64,000 bases of DNA, taken from Synechococcus sp. (GTDB taxonomy: Bacteria > Cyanobacteriota > Cyanobacteriia > PCC-6307 > Cyanobiaceae). Below the pieces are notes generated by a model. The model saw only the letters and a program-made list of their open reading frames with translations, was not told the origin of the DNA and ran no database searches. The stretch lies in assembly GCA_047285535.1 (NCBI GenBank), contig JBJBDC010000001.1:640136-704135 (forward strand). The letters run 5' to 3'. Both the position numbers and the translations under genes were made by a program. This document shows positions 21,174-31,344 of the stretch, in pieces. Positions within the stretch are counted from its first letter, which is position 1; each line of letters opens with the position of its first letter.

Positions 21174-23102
21174 ATGAATCAGCGTTGGCGTCAGATAGCC
21201 CTCTGGATTCTCCCAATAGGCGTTGCCTTACTTCTGGTGTGGCAGTTTGTTGGTAGCGGAACGCTCAATAATCTTGCTGGAACTGGTTCATCAAGCGGCG
21301 GAACAACAGTTGCGCCTAGAAACGCAGCCGTAGCTCGGATGAGTTATGGCCGATTTCTTGACTACGTTCAGTCTGGTCGAGTCACCGCAGTCGACATCTT
21401 TGACGGCGGTCGTAATGCAGTCGTGGAGGCTGTAGACCCTGATCTTGATAATCGAGTTCAAAGACTCCGTGTTGATCTTCCTGGATTAGCACCAGAATTG
21501 ATTAATACACTCAAAGAGGAAGGTATCAGTTTTGATATTCACCCACCTAAGACCAATCCACCAGCATTAGGAATTTTGGGGAACCTACTTTTTCCGTTGC
21601 TACTCATAGGCTCACTTATTTTTTTAGCACGTCGTTCTAATTCAATGCCTGGTGGCCCTGGTCAAGCGATGCAGTTTGGGAAGACAAAAGCCCGATTTGC
21701 AATGGAGGCTGATACTGGCGTGAAATTTGACGACGTAGCTGGAGTTAGTGAAGCAAAGCAAGATCTGGAAGAAGTTGTTACATTTTTGAAGCAACCTGAA
21801 CGTTTTACTTCTGTAGGAGCACAAATCCCCAAAGGTGTTTTGTTGGTTGGACCACCTGGCACAGGCAAAACGTTATTGGCAAAAGCGATTGCAGGAGAAG
21901 CTGGAGTCCCATTCTTTTCACTCTCAGGCTCTGAATTCGTTGAGATGTTTGTCGGAGTTGGTGCTAGCCGTGTCCGAGATTTGTTTAAACGCGCTAAAGA
22001 AAATAGCCCTTGTCTTATCTTTATTGATGAGATCGATGCTGTAGGACGTCAACGAGGAGCTGGTATCGGCGGTGGCAACGACGAGCGTGAACAGACTTTA
22101 AATCAATTACTCACAGAAATGGATGGTTTTGAAGGAAATAGTGGAATCATTATTCTTGCAGCCACCAACAGACCTGACGTTCTTGATTCGGCGTTGATGC
22201 GTCCTGGACGTTTCGACCGCCAAGTCACAGTCGATGCACCAGATATCAAGGGCCGACTTTCAATTCTCGAAGTTCATGCCAGAAACAAAAAACTCGATGA
22301 ACACCTAACGCTCGAAAGTATTGCGCGTAGGACTCCTGGATTTACGGGTGCTGATCTGGCTAATTTGCTTAACGAAGCAGCCATTCTTACAGCTCGACGA
22401 CGCAAGGAAAGCATTGGAATTTCTGAAATCGATGATGCTGTTGATCGCATCATTGCTGGCATGGAAGGTCACCCACTCACCGATGGTCGAAGCAAGAGAC
22501 TGATCGCTTATCACGAGGTTGGTCACGCTTTAGTGGGCACCCTTGTGAAAGATCATGATCCTGTTCAGAAAGTGACTTTGATTCCTCGTGGTCAAGCCCA
22601 GGGATTGACATGGTTTTCACCAGACGAAGAGCAAATGCTTGTGTCTCGCGCACAACTCAAAGCGCGGATCATGGGTGCTCTTGGAGGTCGAGCAGCTGAA
22701 GATGTGGTCTTTGGGCGCTCAGAAGTAACGACTGGTGCAGGGGGTGACATCCAAATGGTGGCGTCAATGGCCCGCCAAATGGTCACTCAATTTGGGATGA
22801 GTCAATTGGGTCCAATGGCCCTTGAAGGTGGGAATCAAGAAGTTTTTCTTGGGCGTGACCTGATGACTCGCAGTGATGTTTCTGATGCAATCTCCAAGAA
22901 AATAGACGAGCAAGTTCGTTTAATCGTTATGAAATGCTATGAAGAAACCGTTGAACTCGTGGGAAAGCATCGCCAAGCCATGGACAAATTGGTGGAGCAG
23001 CTGATCGAACAGGAGACAATGGATGGAGATGAATTTAGAGCTGTCGTTTCTGAATTTACCGATATTCCTGGGAAAGAGCGCTTTACTCCCCTTCTTGCTT
23101 GA
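21174..23102 (+). CDS. ftsH: ATP-dependent zinc metalloprotease FtsH (FtsH2-type)
   Basis: Walker [33 protein letters not shown] zinc motif; MSYGRFL lumenal motif. Confidence 0.97.
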   Translation: MNQRWRQIALWILPIGVALLLVWQFVGSGTLNNLAGTGSSSGGTTVAPRNAAVARMSYGRFLDYVQSGRVTAVDIFDGGRNAVVEAVDPDLDNRVQRLRVDLPGLAPELINTLKEEGISFDIHPPKTNPPALGILGNLLFPLLLIGSLIFLARRSNSMPGGPGQAMQFGKTKARFAMEADTGVKFDDVAGVSEAKQDLEEVVTFLKQPERFTSVGAQIPKGVLLVGPPGTGKTLLAKAIAGEAGVPFFSLSGSEFVEMFVGVGASRVRDLFKRAKENSPCLIFIDEIDAVGRQRGAGIGGGNDEREQTLNQLLTEMDGFEGNSGIIILAATNRPDVLDSALMRPGRFDRQVTVDAPDIKGRLSILEVHARNKKLDEHLTLESIARRTPGFTGADLANLLNEAAILTARRRKESIGISEIDDAVDRIIAGMEGHPLTDGRSKRLIAYHEVGHALVGTLVKDHDPVQKVTLIPRGQAQGLTWFSPDEEQMLVSRAQLKARIMGALGGRAAEDVVFGRSEVTTGAGGDIQMVASMARQMVTQFGMSQLGPMALEGGNQEVFLGRDLMTRSDVSDAISKKIDEQVRLIVMKCYEETVELVGKHRQAMDKLVEQLIEQETMDGDEFRAVVSEFTDIPGKERFTPLLA

Positions 23103-23110
23103 GCGAAAGA

Positions 23111-23152
23111 AAAACCTGAACCAATTAGTGTCTACTTAAATGGTTCAGGTTC
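23111..23152. terminator. Probable bidirectional terminator between convergent ftsH and clpP
   Basis: AACCTGAACCA (23113-23123) and TGGTTCAGGTT (23141-23151) form a perfect 11-bp inverted repeat, preceded by an A-rich run. Confidence 0.65.
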
Positions 23153-23200
23153 TGTACTAATCAGGATCGGCGTTAAACCAACATCATCGGAGGTAGTATT

Positions 23201-23791
23201 TCAAACAGAATGGACAGGACTTTTATCAATCACGTTATCAATAAGACCATATTGCATCGCTTCTTGAGGTGACATAAAGAAATCTCTATCAGTATCTGTT
23301 TGTATTTTTTCCAGAGCCTGACCTGTTCGGTCAGCCAATTCACGATTCAGGCGATCCTTAAGGAATAAAATTTCATCAGCTTGAATTCGAATATCACTGG
23401 CCTGACCACTCGCTCCTCCTAACGGCTGATGGATCATGATTCTTGAATGCTGAAGACTACTTCGCTTGCCCTTGGCTCCTGAACAGAGAAGAAATGCACC
23501 CATACTGGCCGCAAGTCCAACGCATACCGTATGAACATCTGGCTTGATGTGTTGCATGGTGTCAAAGATTCCAAGTCCGTCATAAACAGAGCCACCTGGA
23601 GAATTGACATACAAGAAGATTTCCTTTTCAGGGTCTTCCGCCTCAAGAAACAGAAGCTGAGCCACAATTCGGTTCGCGGAATCGCTCGTGACGGGCTCAC
23701 CCAAAAAAATGATTCGTTCTCTTAAGAGACGGGAATAAATATCAAAAGCCCTTTCTCCTCGTCCAGATTCCTCGATCACGATCGGGATCAT
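23201..23791 (-). CDS. clpP: ATP-dependent Clp protease proteolytic subunit
   Basis: [28 protein letters not shown] (catalytic Ser), MIHQP, DRDFFMS; start MIPIVIE. Confidence 0.97.
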   Translation of the reverse strand: MIPIVIEESGRGERAFDIYSRLLRERIIFLGEPVTSDSANRIVAQLLFLEAEDPEKEIFLYVNSPGGSVYDGLGIFDTMQHIKPDVHTVCVGLAASMGAFLLCSGAKGKRSSLQHSRIMIHQPLGGASGQASDIRIQADEILFLKDRLNRELADRTGQALEKIQTDTDRDFFMSPQEAMQYGLIDNVIDKSPVHSV

Positions 23792-23872
23792 GTTGCATAG
23801 TGCCAATTGGAATAATCCTAACGGCGGCATCAGCGGCGCTATGGTCTTAAGTCAAAATCGGGTTGAAGGACC

Positions 23873-24601
23873 TTGACGGATCATCAAACGATCGCTGACA
23901 GCAAGCGTGCCTTCCATAAAGCGTTTCCCTATGTGATTCCTTCCCTTTACAGGAGGACGGCAGACGAGCTCTTGGTAGAGCTGCATCTTCTTAGTCATCA
24001 ACAGCATTTCAAAAGCGATGCCTTATTTGCTGTTGGCTTGCGACAGGTTTTTACTGCTTTCACGAAGGGGTACAAGCCTGAAGCCCATCTGGAAGAACTC
24101 TATTCAGCTCTCTGCACCAGCAATGGATTTGATCCGCTTGTCTTGAAACAACTGGCTGAAGGATCTACATCAGCGGTCTCAGGTCACAGCATCGATGAGG
24201 TTCGGGAATGGCTTTCCAACCGAGGAAGTGGAGCTCCTGAACCTTTGGCGAGCGGTCTTGCCAGCGTTGGTGGGGGATCGTTTCACTACTCGCGATTGAT
24301 GGCCGTCGGCTTGCTGAGCTTGCTTTCCGCCGCCCAAGGAGGGGAACCATCCGATCCAGAACATCTCAAAAATCTGGCTCACCAAATTGGTGAGCAGTTG
24401 GGCCTATCCAAGCCCCGTCTCGATAAAGATCTCGGCCTCTACAAATCAAACCTTGAAAAAATGGCTCAGGCCGTTGAGCTCATTGAGGAAACCTTGGCAG
24501 CAGAACGACGCAAGAGGGACCGCAAACAGAGTGGTGCTCAGTCTGAAGCCTCTGAAGTGGCAGGCTCAGATGAGGCACCCTCTGATGTGAGCACTAATTG
24601 A
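23873..24601 (+). CDS. psb29: Photosystem II biogenesis protein Psb29/THF1
   Basis: TIADSKRAF...DELLVELHLL...YSRLMAVGL...KDLGLYKSNLEKM.QA. Confidence 0.93.
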   Translation: MTDHQTIADSKRAFHKAFPYVIPSLYRRTADELLVELHLLSHQQHFKSDALFAVGLRQVFTAFTKGYKPEAHLEELYSALCTSNGFDPLVLKQLAEGSTSAVSGHSIDEVREWLSNRGSGAPEPLASGLASVGGGSFHYSRLMAVGLLSLLSAAQGGEPSDPEHLKNLAHQIGEQLGLSKPRLDKDLGLYKSNLEKMAQAVELIEETLAAERRKRDRKQSGAQSEASEVAGSDEAPSDVSTN

Positions 24602-25998
24602 CCACGGATTTCCCACCAAGATTGCTGCCTCCTGGCACTCGGATCTAAAGACGCGATAGCCGGTTTGATGCGAACAGTCAAAGAATCTGCTTGTTTAAGA
24701 AGAGCAGGCCAGGAACCACTCATGAGTCCCAGAGAAGAAAGGCCTCGAGGTCGTGCATTGAATAGCAAAACTGAATGATCTGGAGCTGGAATTTTGTGAT
24801 AAAAGGGTTTCTTTTCAGGGAGTATCGCCAGTCCAGCACTTAAAAGTTCTGGATGATTACTTTGTTGCAACCAACGCCAACCGCCCACAATTCGAGACTT
24901 TCCATCATGGTTGTCAGTCCAGATCTTTGTACTCCCAGGTTGACCCTTGACTTGAGAGGGTTTTTGCAGCTGAAAGCCCCTTTCTTTAAGGCGTTGACTC
25001 ACACGATTTAGCACCGATCCCCAAGTAGCTGCCCCTCCGGGTAAAGGGGCTTGAAATTGAAGGCCTGCTCGATAAGAACCTTGCTCCTGCTGCTCTAAAC
25101 GTAGCGAGAATGGTGCATTGGCTAGCTCTGCACGAACAGATTGATCAACTCCATACAGCGATTCCAAAGGCTGCTGAATGATTTGCCGATTGAGCAACGT
25201 CCCGAGCATTAAATCAACACGTTCACCATGAACTTCCATCAGGCTGGTCTGGTCCAGATCAGAAGGCATCTGACGATGAGAAGCAGAAATAATCCAACCT
25301 TTCTTCGGCTGCACTGCAGCTACAGCGAGCGATCTGTCACCAACGATTCCACCCCAAATGAGCTTGTTGCCACTTAAACGAAGCGCAAGACAGCCGTAAC
25401 GGGCTTGTTGCAGCAACGGTGCCATTGTCCCGCTGATGACAGCCAGAGCATCGCCAGTCCAGTAAACAGCTGGAGCCTTGGCCAGACGCTGCATACAGCG
25501 GTTCTGAAGCGAGTTTGGTTGAGCAGGAAGTTCTGGCTGATGTTTGAGCCTTTCAATCAATTGTTGACGATGTAGCTCATCAGAGCCGAGCATCGTCAAT
25601 CCCAAAACTTGATGCTTGCGAAGATTCTTAGTGTTGTCAGCGATGAGATGATCGGGAAGGATTAAATAGGCATCGCCATCCTCTGACCATCCCTGCCACC
25701 AAACGGAACGACCCTGTCGTCTCCATAAGTCGGCAGCACGAGTCAGCCCAAGTCGCTGATTCCAAAGCTGTGGAGCAGGCCGACCTGAATCTCCTTGAAA
25801 AGCCTGAATCAAGCTGAAAGCAGCAGAAACACGACTCAATCCAGCAGGGATGCCTGTGACCTCCTGCACCGGGTCGGTCAGCAGGATGCCAAAAAAACCG
25901 CTTAACAAAACAGTCGCTAAGCCCAAAGAAGTGACGGGCAGAGACTGAACTGTGGATCGATAGCTGGAGATCTTCAGAGGGGAGTCAGTTGGGACCAC
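24538..25998 (-). CDS. Hypothetical protein with N-terminal membrane anchor
   Basis: Long ORF with a hydrophobic segment near the N-terminus; start uncertain (GTG 25998 or TTG 26031); 3' end overlaps psb29 by 64 nt. Confidence 0.7.
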   Translation of the reverse strand: MVPTDSPLKISSYRSTVQSLPVTSLGLATVLLSGFFGILLTDPVQEVTGIPAGLSRVSAAFSLIQAFQGDSGRPAPQLWNQRLGLTRAADLWRRQGRSVWWQGWSEDGDAYLILPDHLIADNTKNLRKHQVLGLTMLGSDELHRQQLIERLKHQPELPAQPNSLQNRCMQRLAKAPAVYWTGDALAVISGTMAPLLQQARYGCLALRLSGNKLIWGGIVGDRSLAVAAVQPKKGWIISASHRQMPSDLDQTSLMEVHGERVDLMLGTLLNRQIIQQPLESLYGVDQSVRAELANAPFSLRLEQQEQGSYRAGLQFQAPLPGGAATWGSVLNRVSQRLKERGFQLQKPSQVKGQPGSTKIWTDNHDGKSRIVGGWRWLQQSNHPELLSAGLAILPEKKPFYHKIPAPDHSVLLFNARPRGLSSLGLMSGSWPALLKQADSLTVRIKPAIASLDPSARRQQSWWEIRGQLVLTSEGASSEPATSEASD

Positions 25999-26134
25999 TG
26001 GAACGCCTTCGACGACGATCCTTCCACTCAACAGCGGAAAGATAAACGACGATCACACTGACAAAAACCAAAAGGACAGAAGCGATGAGCGCCAGTACCT
26101 GACTGACGATGGGAGCTTGCAGTGTTTCGCTCAC
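25985..26134 (-). CDS. 49-aa single-pass membrane protein (not in ORF track)
   Basis: Manual translation MSETLQAPIVSQVLALIASVLLVFVSVIVVYLSAVEWKDRRRRRSSGPN; GTG start 1 nt after the petN stop; one TM helix plus basic tail. Confidence 0.7.
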   Translation of the reverse strand: MSETLQAPIVSQVLALIASVLLVFVSVIVVYLSAVEWKDRRRRRSSGPN

Positions 26135-26135
26135 T

Positions 26136-26237
26136 TCAGAAGTTCAGCGTGCCATCACCATTACGGCCCCAAACCACCATCGCGATTGAAAAGCTGAAGA
26201 CAGCAGCAAGGGATGCCCAGGCAACAGTAAACAACAT
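26136..26237 (-). CDS. petN: Cytochrome b6f subunit VIII PetN (not in ORF track)
   Basis: Manual translation [33 protein letters not shown], containing the PetN signature [14 protein letters not shown]. Confidence 0.95.
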   Translation of the reverse strand: MLFTVAWASLAAVFSFSIAMVVWGRNGDGTLNF

Positions 26238-26315
26238 TGAAATGACGCTTGAATGGGAACAGTTTACCTAGGTTCTTCCGGTGAACTGACTGGTTTGTTC
26301 ATTCCTTTACTTCTT

Positions 26316-26612
26316 ATGACGATGACCACTCCTGGAACTACGAGCGTTGTTCAGCAAGAACGCACAACGATGCGATACCCCAATGCCAGAGTCATCGTTC
26401 TGAACGATGACTTCAATACTTTTGAACATGTGGTGGAGTGTCTTTGCAAAATCATCCCCGGAATGAACAGCGATAAAGCTTGGTCACTCGCTCATCAAGT
26501 TGATCAAGAGGGTGCCTCAGAAGTCTGGGCGGGTCCTCTCGAACCCGCAGAGTTGTATCACCAGCAGCTCACGAGTAAGGGACTCACCATGGCTCCACTT
26601 GAGCGTAACTAA
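26316..26612 (+). CDS. clpS: ClpS adaptor protein
   Basis: VIVLNDDFNTFEHVV...AHQVDQEG; start at ATG 26316 or 26322. Confidence 0.93.
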   Translation: MTMTTPGTTSVVQQERTTMRYPNARVIVLNDDFNTFEHVVECLCKIIPGMNSDKAWSLAHQVDQEGASEVWAGPLEPAELYHQQLTSKGLTMAPLERN

Positions 26613-26617
26613 TAAAA

Positions 26618-28018
26618 ATGACCACTTCCATTGAAATGAACAGTTTCAAAGGACTTCGTTGGTCCACTTTGCTCCGATTGAGTTTGTTTCAAGCTTGCTT
26701 AGGAACCCTGGCGGTACTTTTTACTGGTACCTTCAATCGAATTTTGATCACAGAACTTTCGTTTCCAGCTCTCCTTGCTGGCGGTGGACTTGCATTTGAA
26801 CAACTTGTCTCACCAGCCCGAGTGCTGTTCGGTCATCTCAGTGACTCAAATCCATTGTTTGGTAGGTATCGAACTCCCTATGTTCTTTTAGGAACGATTG
26901 CGATCTGCCTGTTAGCGATTCTCAGTGTACCGGTGAGCTTCAGGGTGAAAGAAGCCCTTGATAGTGGTTCTCCCCTACTAGCCAGCGCAGGAATTGCTGC
27001 ATTCTGTGGTTTATTCGCTTTGTATGGACTTGGCACGTCCATGGCAAGCACGTGTTATCTAGCTCTCGTCATCGATCGCACTACCGAAGAACAAAGATCG
27101 AGATGCATCGCTGTGATCTGGTCGATGCTCACGGTTGGAATCATTGTCGGAGCCATTGCCATCAGTCTTGCCGTCCGCAGGATCGATGGCATTTCAGATC
27201 CAATAATCCTGCAAAGCTGGCTTCAGAAATTCATGATTGTCATCACAGCGATCGTCATGTCATTAGCGATTATCTCCACATGGGGAGTGGAACAACCAAC
27301 AGGAACTGGCAATACTTCTGCCATTCAGGATCTAATCACCATTCGAGATGCCTGGGGGGTGATCAGCACGAGTCGACAGATCATGGTCTTCTTTGGCTTT
27401 CTTGTATTGTTCACTCTCGGGCTTTTTCTTCAAGATCCAATTCTGGAAAGTTTTGGAGCTGAAGTCTTTGCAATGCCAGTTTCAAAGACCACTCTTCTTA
27501 ATGCATGGTGGGGATCAGGAACACTTGTGGGCTTGATGACAGCTGGCTGGTTTATTACACCAAAAATTGGAAAACTATCAACAGCACGACTTGGTTGCTG
27601 GCTGGTTATGGGATCGTTGTTGCTTTTGCTGATCAGCGGATGGCGGCAAGTTTCTGGGTTCTTGCCTGTCGTGATGCTGATCTTCGGCCTAGCCGCTGGT
27701 ATCAGCTCAAACAGTGCATTGACCCTAATGCTTGATCTGACATTGCCTGAAATGGCAGGTACTTTTGTAGGAATTTGGGGATTAGCTCAGGCTCTGTCCC
27801 GCGGTTTCGGAAAAGTGATTGGTGGCGGTCTGCTCGATCTTGGCCGACACGTCCTACCCAATGCCGGTCCTATGGCTGGTTACGCACTGGTGTTCTCAAT
27901 AGAAATTATTGTGATGGCTTGTGCCCTGATTGTATTAAATCAACTCAGCATCAACAAATTCAAGGAAACGACAACACAACGTCTTGAGATGGTTTTGATG
28001 GCGGAAATAGACGGTTGA
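26618..28018 (+). CDS. BCD/PucC family MFS transporter
   Basis: About 12 TM segments; LRLSLFQ...TFNRILI.EL, RTPYV, LFLQDPILE.FG, GTFVGIWGLAQA. Confidence 0.85.
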   Translation: MTTSIEMNSFKGLRWSTLLRLSLFQACLGTLAVLFTGTFNRILITELSFPALLAGGGLAFEQLVSPARVLFGHLSDSNPLFGRYRTPYVLLGTIAICLLAILSVPVSFRVKEALDSGSPLLASAGIAAFCGLFALYGLGTSMASTCYLALVIDRTTEEQRSRCIAVIWSMLTVGIIVGAIAISLAVRRIDGISDPIILQSWLQKFMIVITAIVMSLAIISTWGVEQPTGTGNTSAIQDLITIRDAWGVISTSRQIMVFFGFLVLFTLGLFLQDPILESFGAEVFAMPVSKTTLLNAWWGSGTLVGLMTAGWFITPKIGKLSTARLGCWLVMGSLLLLLISGWRQVSGFLPVVMLIFGLAAGISSNSALTLMLDLTLPEMAGTFVGIWGLAQALSRGFGKVIGGGLLDLGRHVLPNAGPMAGYALVFSIEIIVMACALIVLNQLSINKFKETTTQRLEMVLMAEIDG

Positions 28019-28019
28019 G

Positions 28020-28247
28020 TCAAGCAGCGGGTGTACTAGAGGAACAGGTCAAGGACAACATAGCCTTGGTTCGCAGTCGTTGGTGCTGGGCTGTGAAAAC
28101 ATATTGAACAACTTTGCCTGGACAAAGGGCGAGGCCCCTTACTTCGTCACCATGAACTTCGGTGGTCAGAATTTTGGCTTTTGGACCCATGCGCGATCTC
28201 AGAGGACCTGAGACCTCATTCCTGAGTGAATCGACTGATCGGAGCAT
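28020..28247 (-). CDS. Hypothetical protein
   Basis: 75-aa ORF filling the gap between the MFS gene and the DUF2103 gene. Confidence 0.6.
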   Translation of the reverse strand: MLRSVDSLRNEVSGPLRSRMGPKAKILTTEVHGDEVRGLALCPGKVVQYVFTAQHQRLRTKAMLSLTCSSSTPAA

Positions 28248-28319
28248 GACTCACATTGAACACCTAACTGTTCTCTAGCCAAATTGGCTAAATTAAACAA
28301 TCTAGATTTTGAATCCAGG

Positions 28320-28604
28320 GTGGGTCGTCTTGTCGTCACACACAGCACCTACTTGAAAGGGTTGATTCCTTGGCTTAGGGAACTGGCAAGTGATCCACAA
28401 GTGCAGACCATCACACCAGGAGTGATTGCACGAGTCAAAGGTCGTTGCCAGGAGCTAACACTGAGGCCCTCCATCCCGATCAAAGGGGGATTTAAACTGA
28501 TGGCACGTCGAGGAGGAAGCGCTCAGGAGGTCTTTGTTATCACGACTCTCGATAAACCTGCCTTGATCGATCGGATTGCATCTACCAAATCGACTAATTA
28601 TTGA
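28320..28604 (+). CDS. DUF2103 family protein
   Basis: GRLVVTHSTYLKGLIP...TITPGVI...GGFKLMARRGGSAQEVFVIT; GTG start. Confidence 0.85.
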   Translation: MGRLVVTHSTYLKGLIPWLRELASDPQVQTITPGVIARVKGRCQELTLRPSIPIKGGFKLMARRGGSAQEVFVITTLDKPALIDRIASTKSTNY

Positions 28605-29020
28605 CTGATTATAACTATCACGAAGTCGACATAGTTGATCCAGAATCAATGAAATTAAAATTTCGCACTGAATCAAGTATTAGGCTATTTCAAATATTCA
28701 ACCGACAAGTATTCGAGGCATGACAATGAATCATTTGATCATCTTTTGTATTTCACAGAAAAAGGCGGTAATAAAATCGGATAATGTCAATAGATTAATC
28801 AGCGGAATATGGCTGACACAAGCTCGTTAGAGCCAAGCAATAGTTCACTTACTGCAATTGAATCAAAGAAGCCTGCCCTTGAAAATGATATTTTAACCTA
28901 ATCTTGAAAGGATTGGTTTTTAAAACAAACGATTCCCCATCAAATATTGGATTATAGATTATGATCGCACTAAAGAGGTGAACAGACTTTCACGTTATCA
29001 GGAATCACTAGGGGCTTTCC

Positions 29021-29221
29021 ATGTCTATAGACAACCGCTGCAAGGAGCAACAGACAACAGCCAAGCAAATGGTTATCGACTTCAAGCACACCAAACCTGG
29101 CTCTAATGAGCAGCTACGTGCACTGATAACCCTGAGTTTTTTAGTCGGCATGTGGTCTGACTTCCTCAAACATGAGGTAGAGAGAATGGATTTTGCACTA
29201 GAGCTAGAAGCAAACATCTAG
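29021..29221 (+). CDS. Small hypothetical protein
   Basis: 66-aa ATG ORF (DFKHTKPGS.EQLRAL.TLSFL.GMW) resembling a small family I recall from picocyanobacterial islands; not verified. Confidence 0.6.
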   Translation: MSIDNRCKEQQTTAKQMVIDFKHTKPGSNEQLRALITLSFLVGMWSDFLKHEVERMDFALELEANI

Positions 29222-29875
29222 CGTTATTCAAATTCCAAGGGATAGAGTAAAGAAGACACATTCTTAATACCGGCTATTCCAAAGATATCACTCCCTTCTA
29301 CTGCTCAAAACACCGTGGACATTAGCCTTGTCTTCGTCTCTGGAGATGTTTATTGATTTCTTGTCAAGATAATCAATCTAATAGCAAACTTAGCCAACCT
29401 TAATATAGACAGACTAATGTCTGACCCCCGACAGAATAACAAAATCCCTCTCTGGTTCACACTTGACATCGCATGCAGTCAAAAAAGCAAACTCAATACC
29501 GAGCAATATCCAAACTATCCCAATCATGTGCTTAAAATGTTCGCTAAGCGAATGACATGATTTCAATCAAACTGAGAGCGAATAACCTTTGTTCGTGAAA
29601 CGCCTGAATGCGTTTGATTTCGCTCAACGCTGATATTTACGCTTAAGTAGTTGCAGTCTCTAGTTGTCAGTGCACCAGTCCAACATTGAGAGCCTGTTAC
29701 ATCCAGTCAATTTAAGGAGAATACGCACTGATCGACTGAGTTACAACCTAGGGGGAATTGGCATTGAGATCAGTCAATCCAAGAGTGATGCATCGATAAG
29801 GTGTGTAGCGGACAACCTTACAGCTACCTGCATATCGAAGCGTTCAATACACATCATCGCCAGTGAATTAAGGAA

Positions 29876-30094
29876 ATGACATTCAGATTTATATCACTAT
29901 CATTTCTTCTTCAGTTCTTTGGTACTCCAGCTGTTATATCAGCTGAAAAAGCTTCACTTTCATTTGGACCGGTTGCAGTACCAAGTCGTCTCATGACTCA
30001 ATGCATAATCCAGGAAAAAATCAACCGTCCTGTCTCACATCCAGACTTCAAAACAGAATGCAAATCACATAACATTGACTATTCAAAATATTGA
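29876..30094 (+). CDS. Putative small secreted protein
   Basis: 72 aa, AAGGAA upstream of ATG, signal-like N-terminus, two Cys. Confidence 0.4.
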   Translation: MTFRFISLSFLLQFFGTPAVISAEKASLSFGPVAVPSRLMTQCIIQEKINRPVSHPDFKTECKSHNIDYSKY

Positions 30095-30399
30095 AGCAAC
30101 TCTCTAGGTACCAATTGATCTCAAGAGTGCAAGAAAAGCTTGCAGCAAACCACTGCTGAGAATCGAAGAATACAAGATGTTTCTCTGTTTAACCTATCAA
30201 GAAGGCTGAGTAAAGAGAACAGAGCATGAAGTTAATCGCTGTTACTTTGAGGCAGAAGATTGCTGATGACGAGGCTGGAGTGTTGCATGTCTTGATGTTC
30301 TTGAAGCCGCTGAAACCATAAATGTGGCTGGTCTTTTGCGAAGGTTTCCTAAGTGGGATGTGGTGAGAGTTGTCGCAGGTGAGACTTCGCAACACAGTG

Positions 30400-30445
30400 T
30401 GCAATCATTAGGGTAAACCGCTCTGCCGTGGGAGCCCCAGTGTTC
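30400..30445 (+). repeat. Direct-repeat copy of a 6S RNA segment (31361-31406)
   Basis: TGCAATCATT(A/G)GGGT(A/G)AACCGCTCTGCCGTGGGAGCCCCAGTGTTC; 44/46 identical by direct comparison. Confidence 0.95.
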
Positions 30446-30805
30446 ATCTAGAAAACTGGGTGAGCACTACCCGTTCAACTTAAGCTGCACCTGTACGAAA
30501 ATGATTATCACTTATGCAACACATTGCCTCGGTATTATTACTGTTCGGCTAACCATCATATAAGTATTTGCACTGATCGTTTAACCGCTAAGCATTTATA
30601 CAGAACCCCTATATCGATCCTGTATCGGTCCACTTTGAATAACAATCAAGAAAGCTAATCCAGAACGCTCTGAGACACGCCTACAAGCCTCTGCAAGCAG
30701 CGAAAGAATAATACGTATATCAATCAATCACAAATGCAACGCGTTGTAGAGCCTTAGAGGTACTATTATTGTTTAAGGTTTCATGAAAGAATTTAAAAGA
30801 ACTAA

Positions 30806-31192
30806 ATGCGCAATTTAATAAGCTTTTTCTCGGTTGGAATAATGTTCGCCGCTAATCAAGTACATGCGGGTGAACCATGGGGAATTTATAGAACTTCATT
30901 GTCTCATCGCCCAACTCTATATCGATACGCTGGTCACCACGACCGCATTCTGTATGTTCAAGAAAAAGACCCCCAAACGAATTTAATCGAAACTCTAAGG
31001 GTTGACTGCGATGGAATGAAAATAATCGTGCTTGGTGAAAAGAAAGAATGGAAAAAAATAGAGGGCATATGGATAAACCAATTAGGTAAAACCTCTAGCA
31101 TATTTATTCCTCGTAAGTTTAAGTTTTGGTGTTTTCCTGGAGGTGAACCTAGAGATATGACTTGGCCTGACTGCAAATGCCCATGTAAGTAG
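30806..31192 (+). CDS. Putative exported hypothetical protein
   Basis: 128 aa, signal-peptide-like N-terminus (..AANQVHA), Cys-rich C-terminus (DCKCPCK), AT-rich. Confidence 0.6.
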   Translation: MRNLISFFSVGIMFAANQVHAGEPWGIYRTSLSHRPTLYRYAGHHDRILYVQEKDPQTNLIETLRVDCDGMKIIVLGEKKEWKKIEGIWINQLGKTSSIFIPRKFKFWCFPGGEPRDMTWPDCKCPCK

Positions 31193-31344
31193 CGGGTCAC
31201 AAGTGAACTGATCACAGCACTCACTAGCCCCAAACCTTCACAATCACATCGAATCCAATCACCACAGCTTATGGAGCCAGCCCCTTCCGGTAGTGCTCTA
31301 GTTCGTGGTTTGGTTAGTGGTTCAAGGAGGGTTTCGTTACGATT

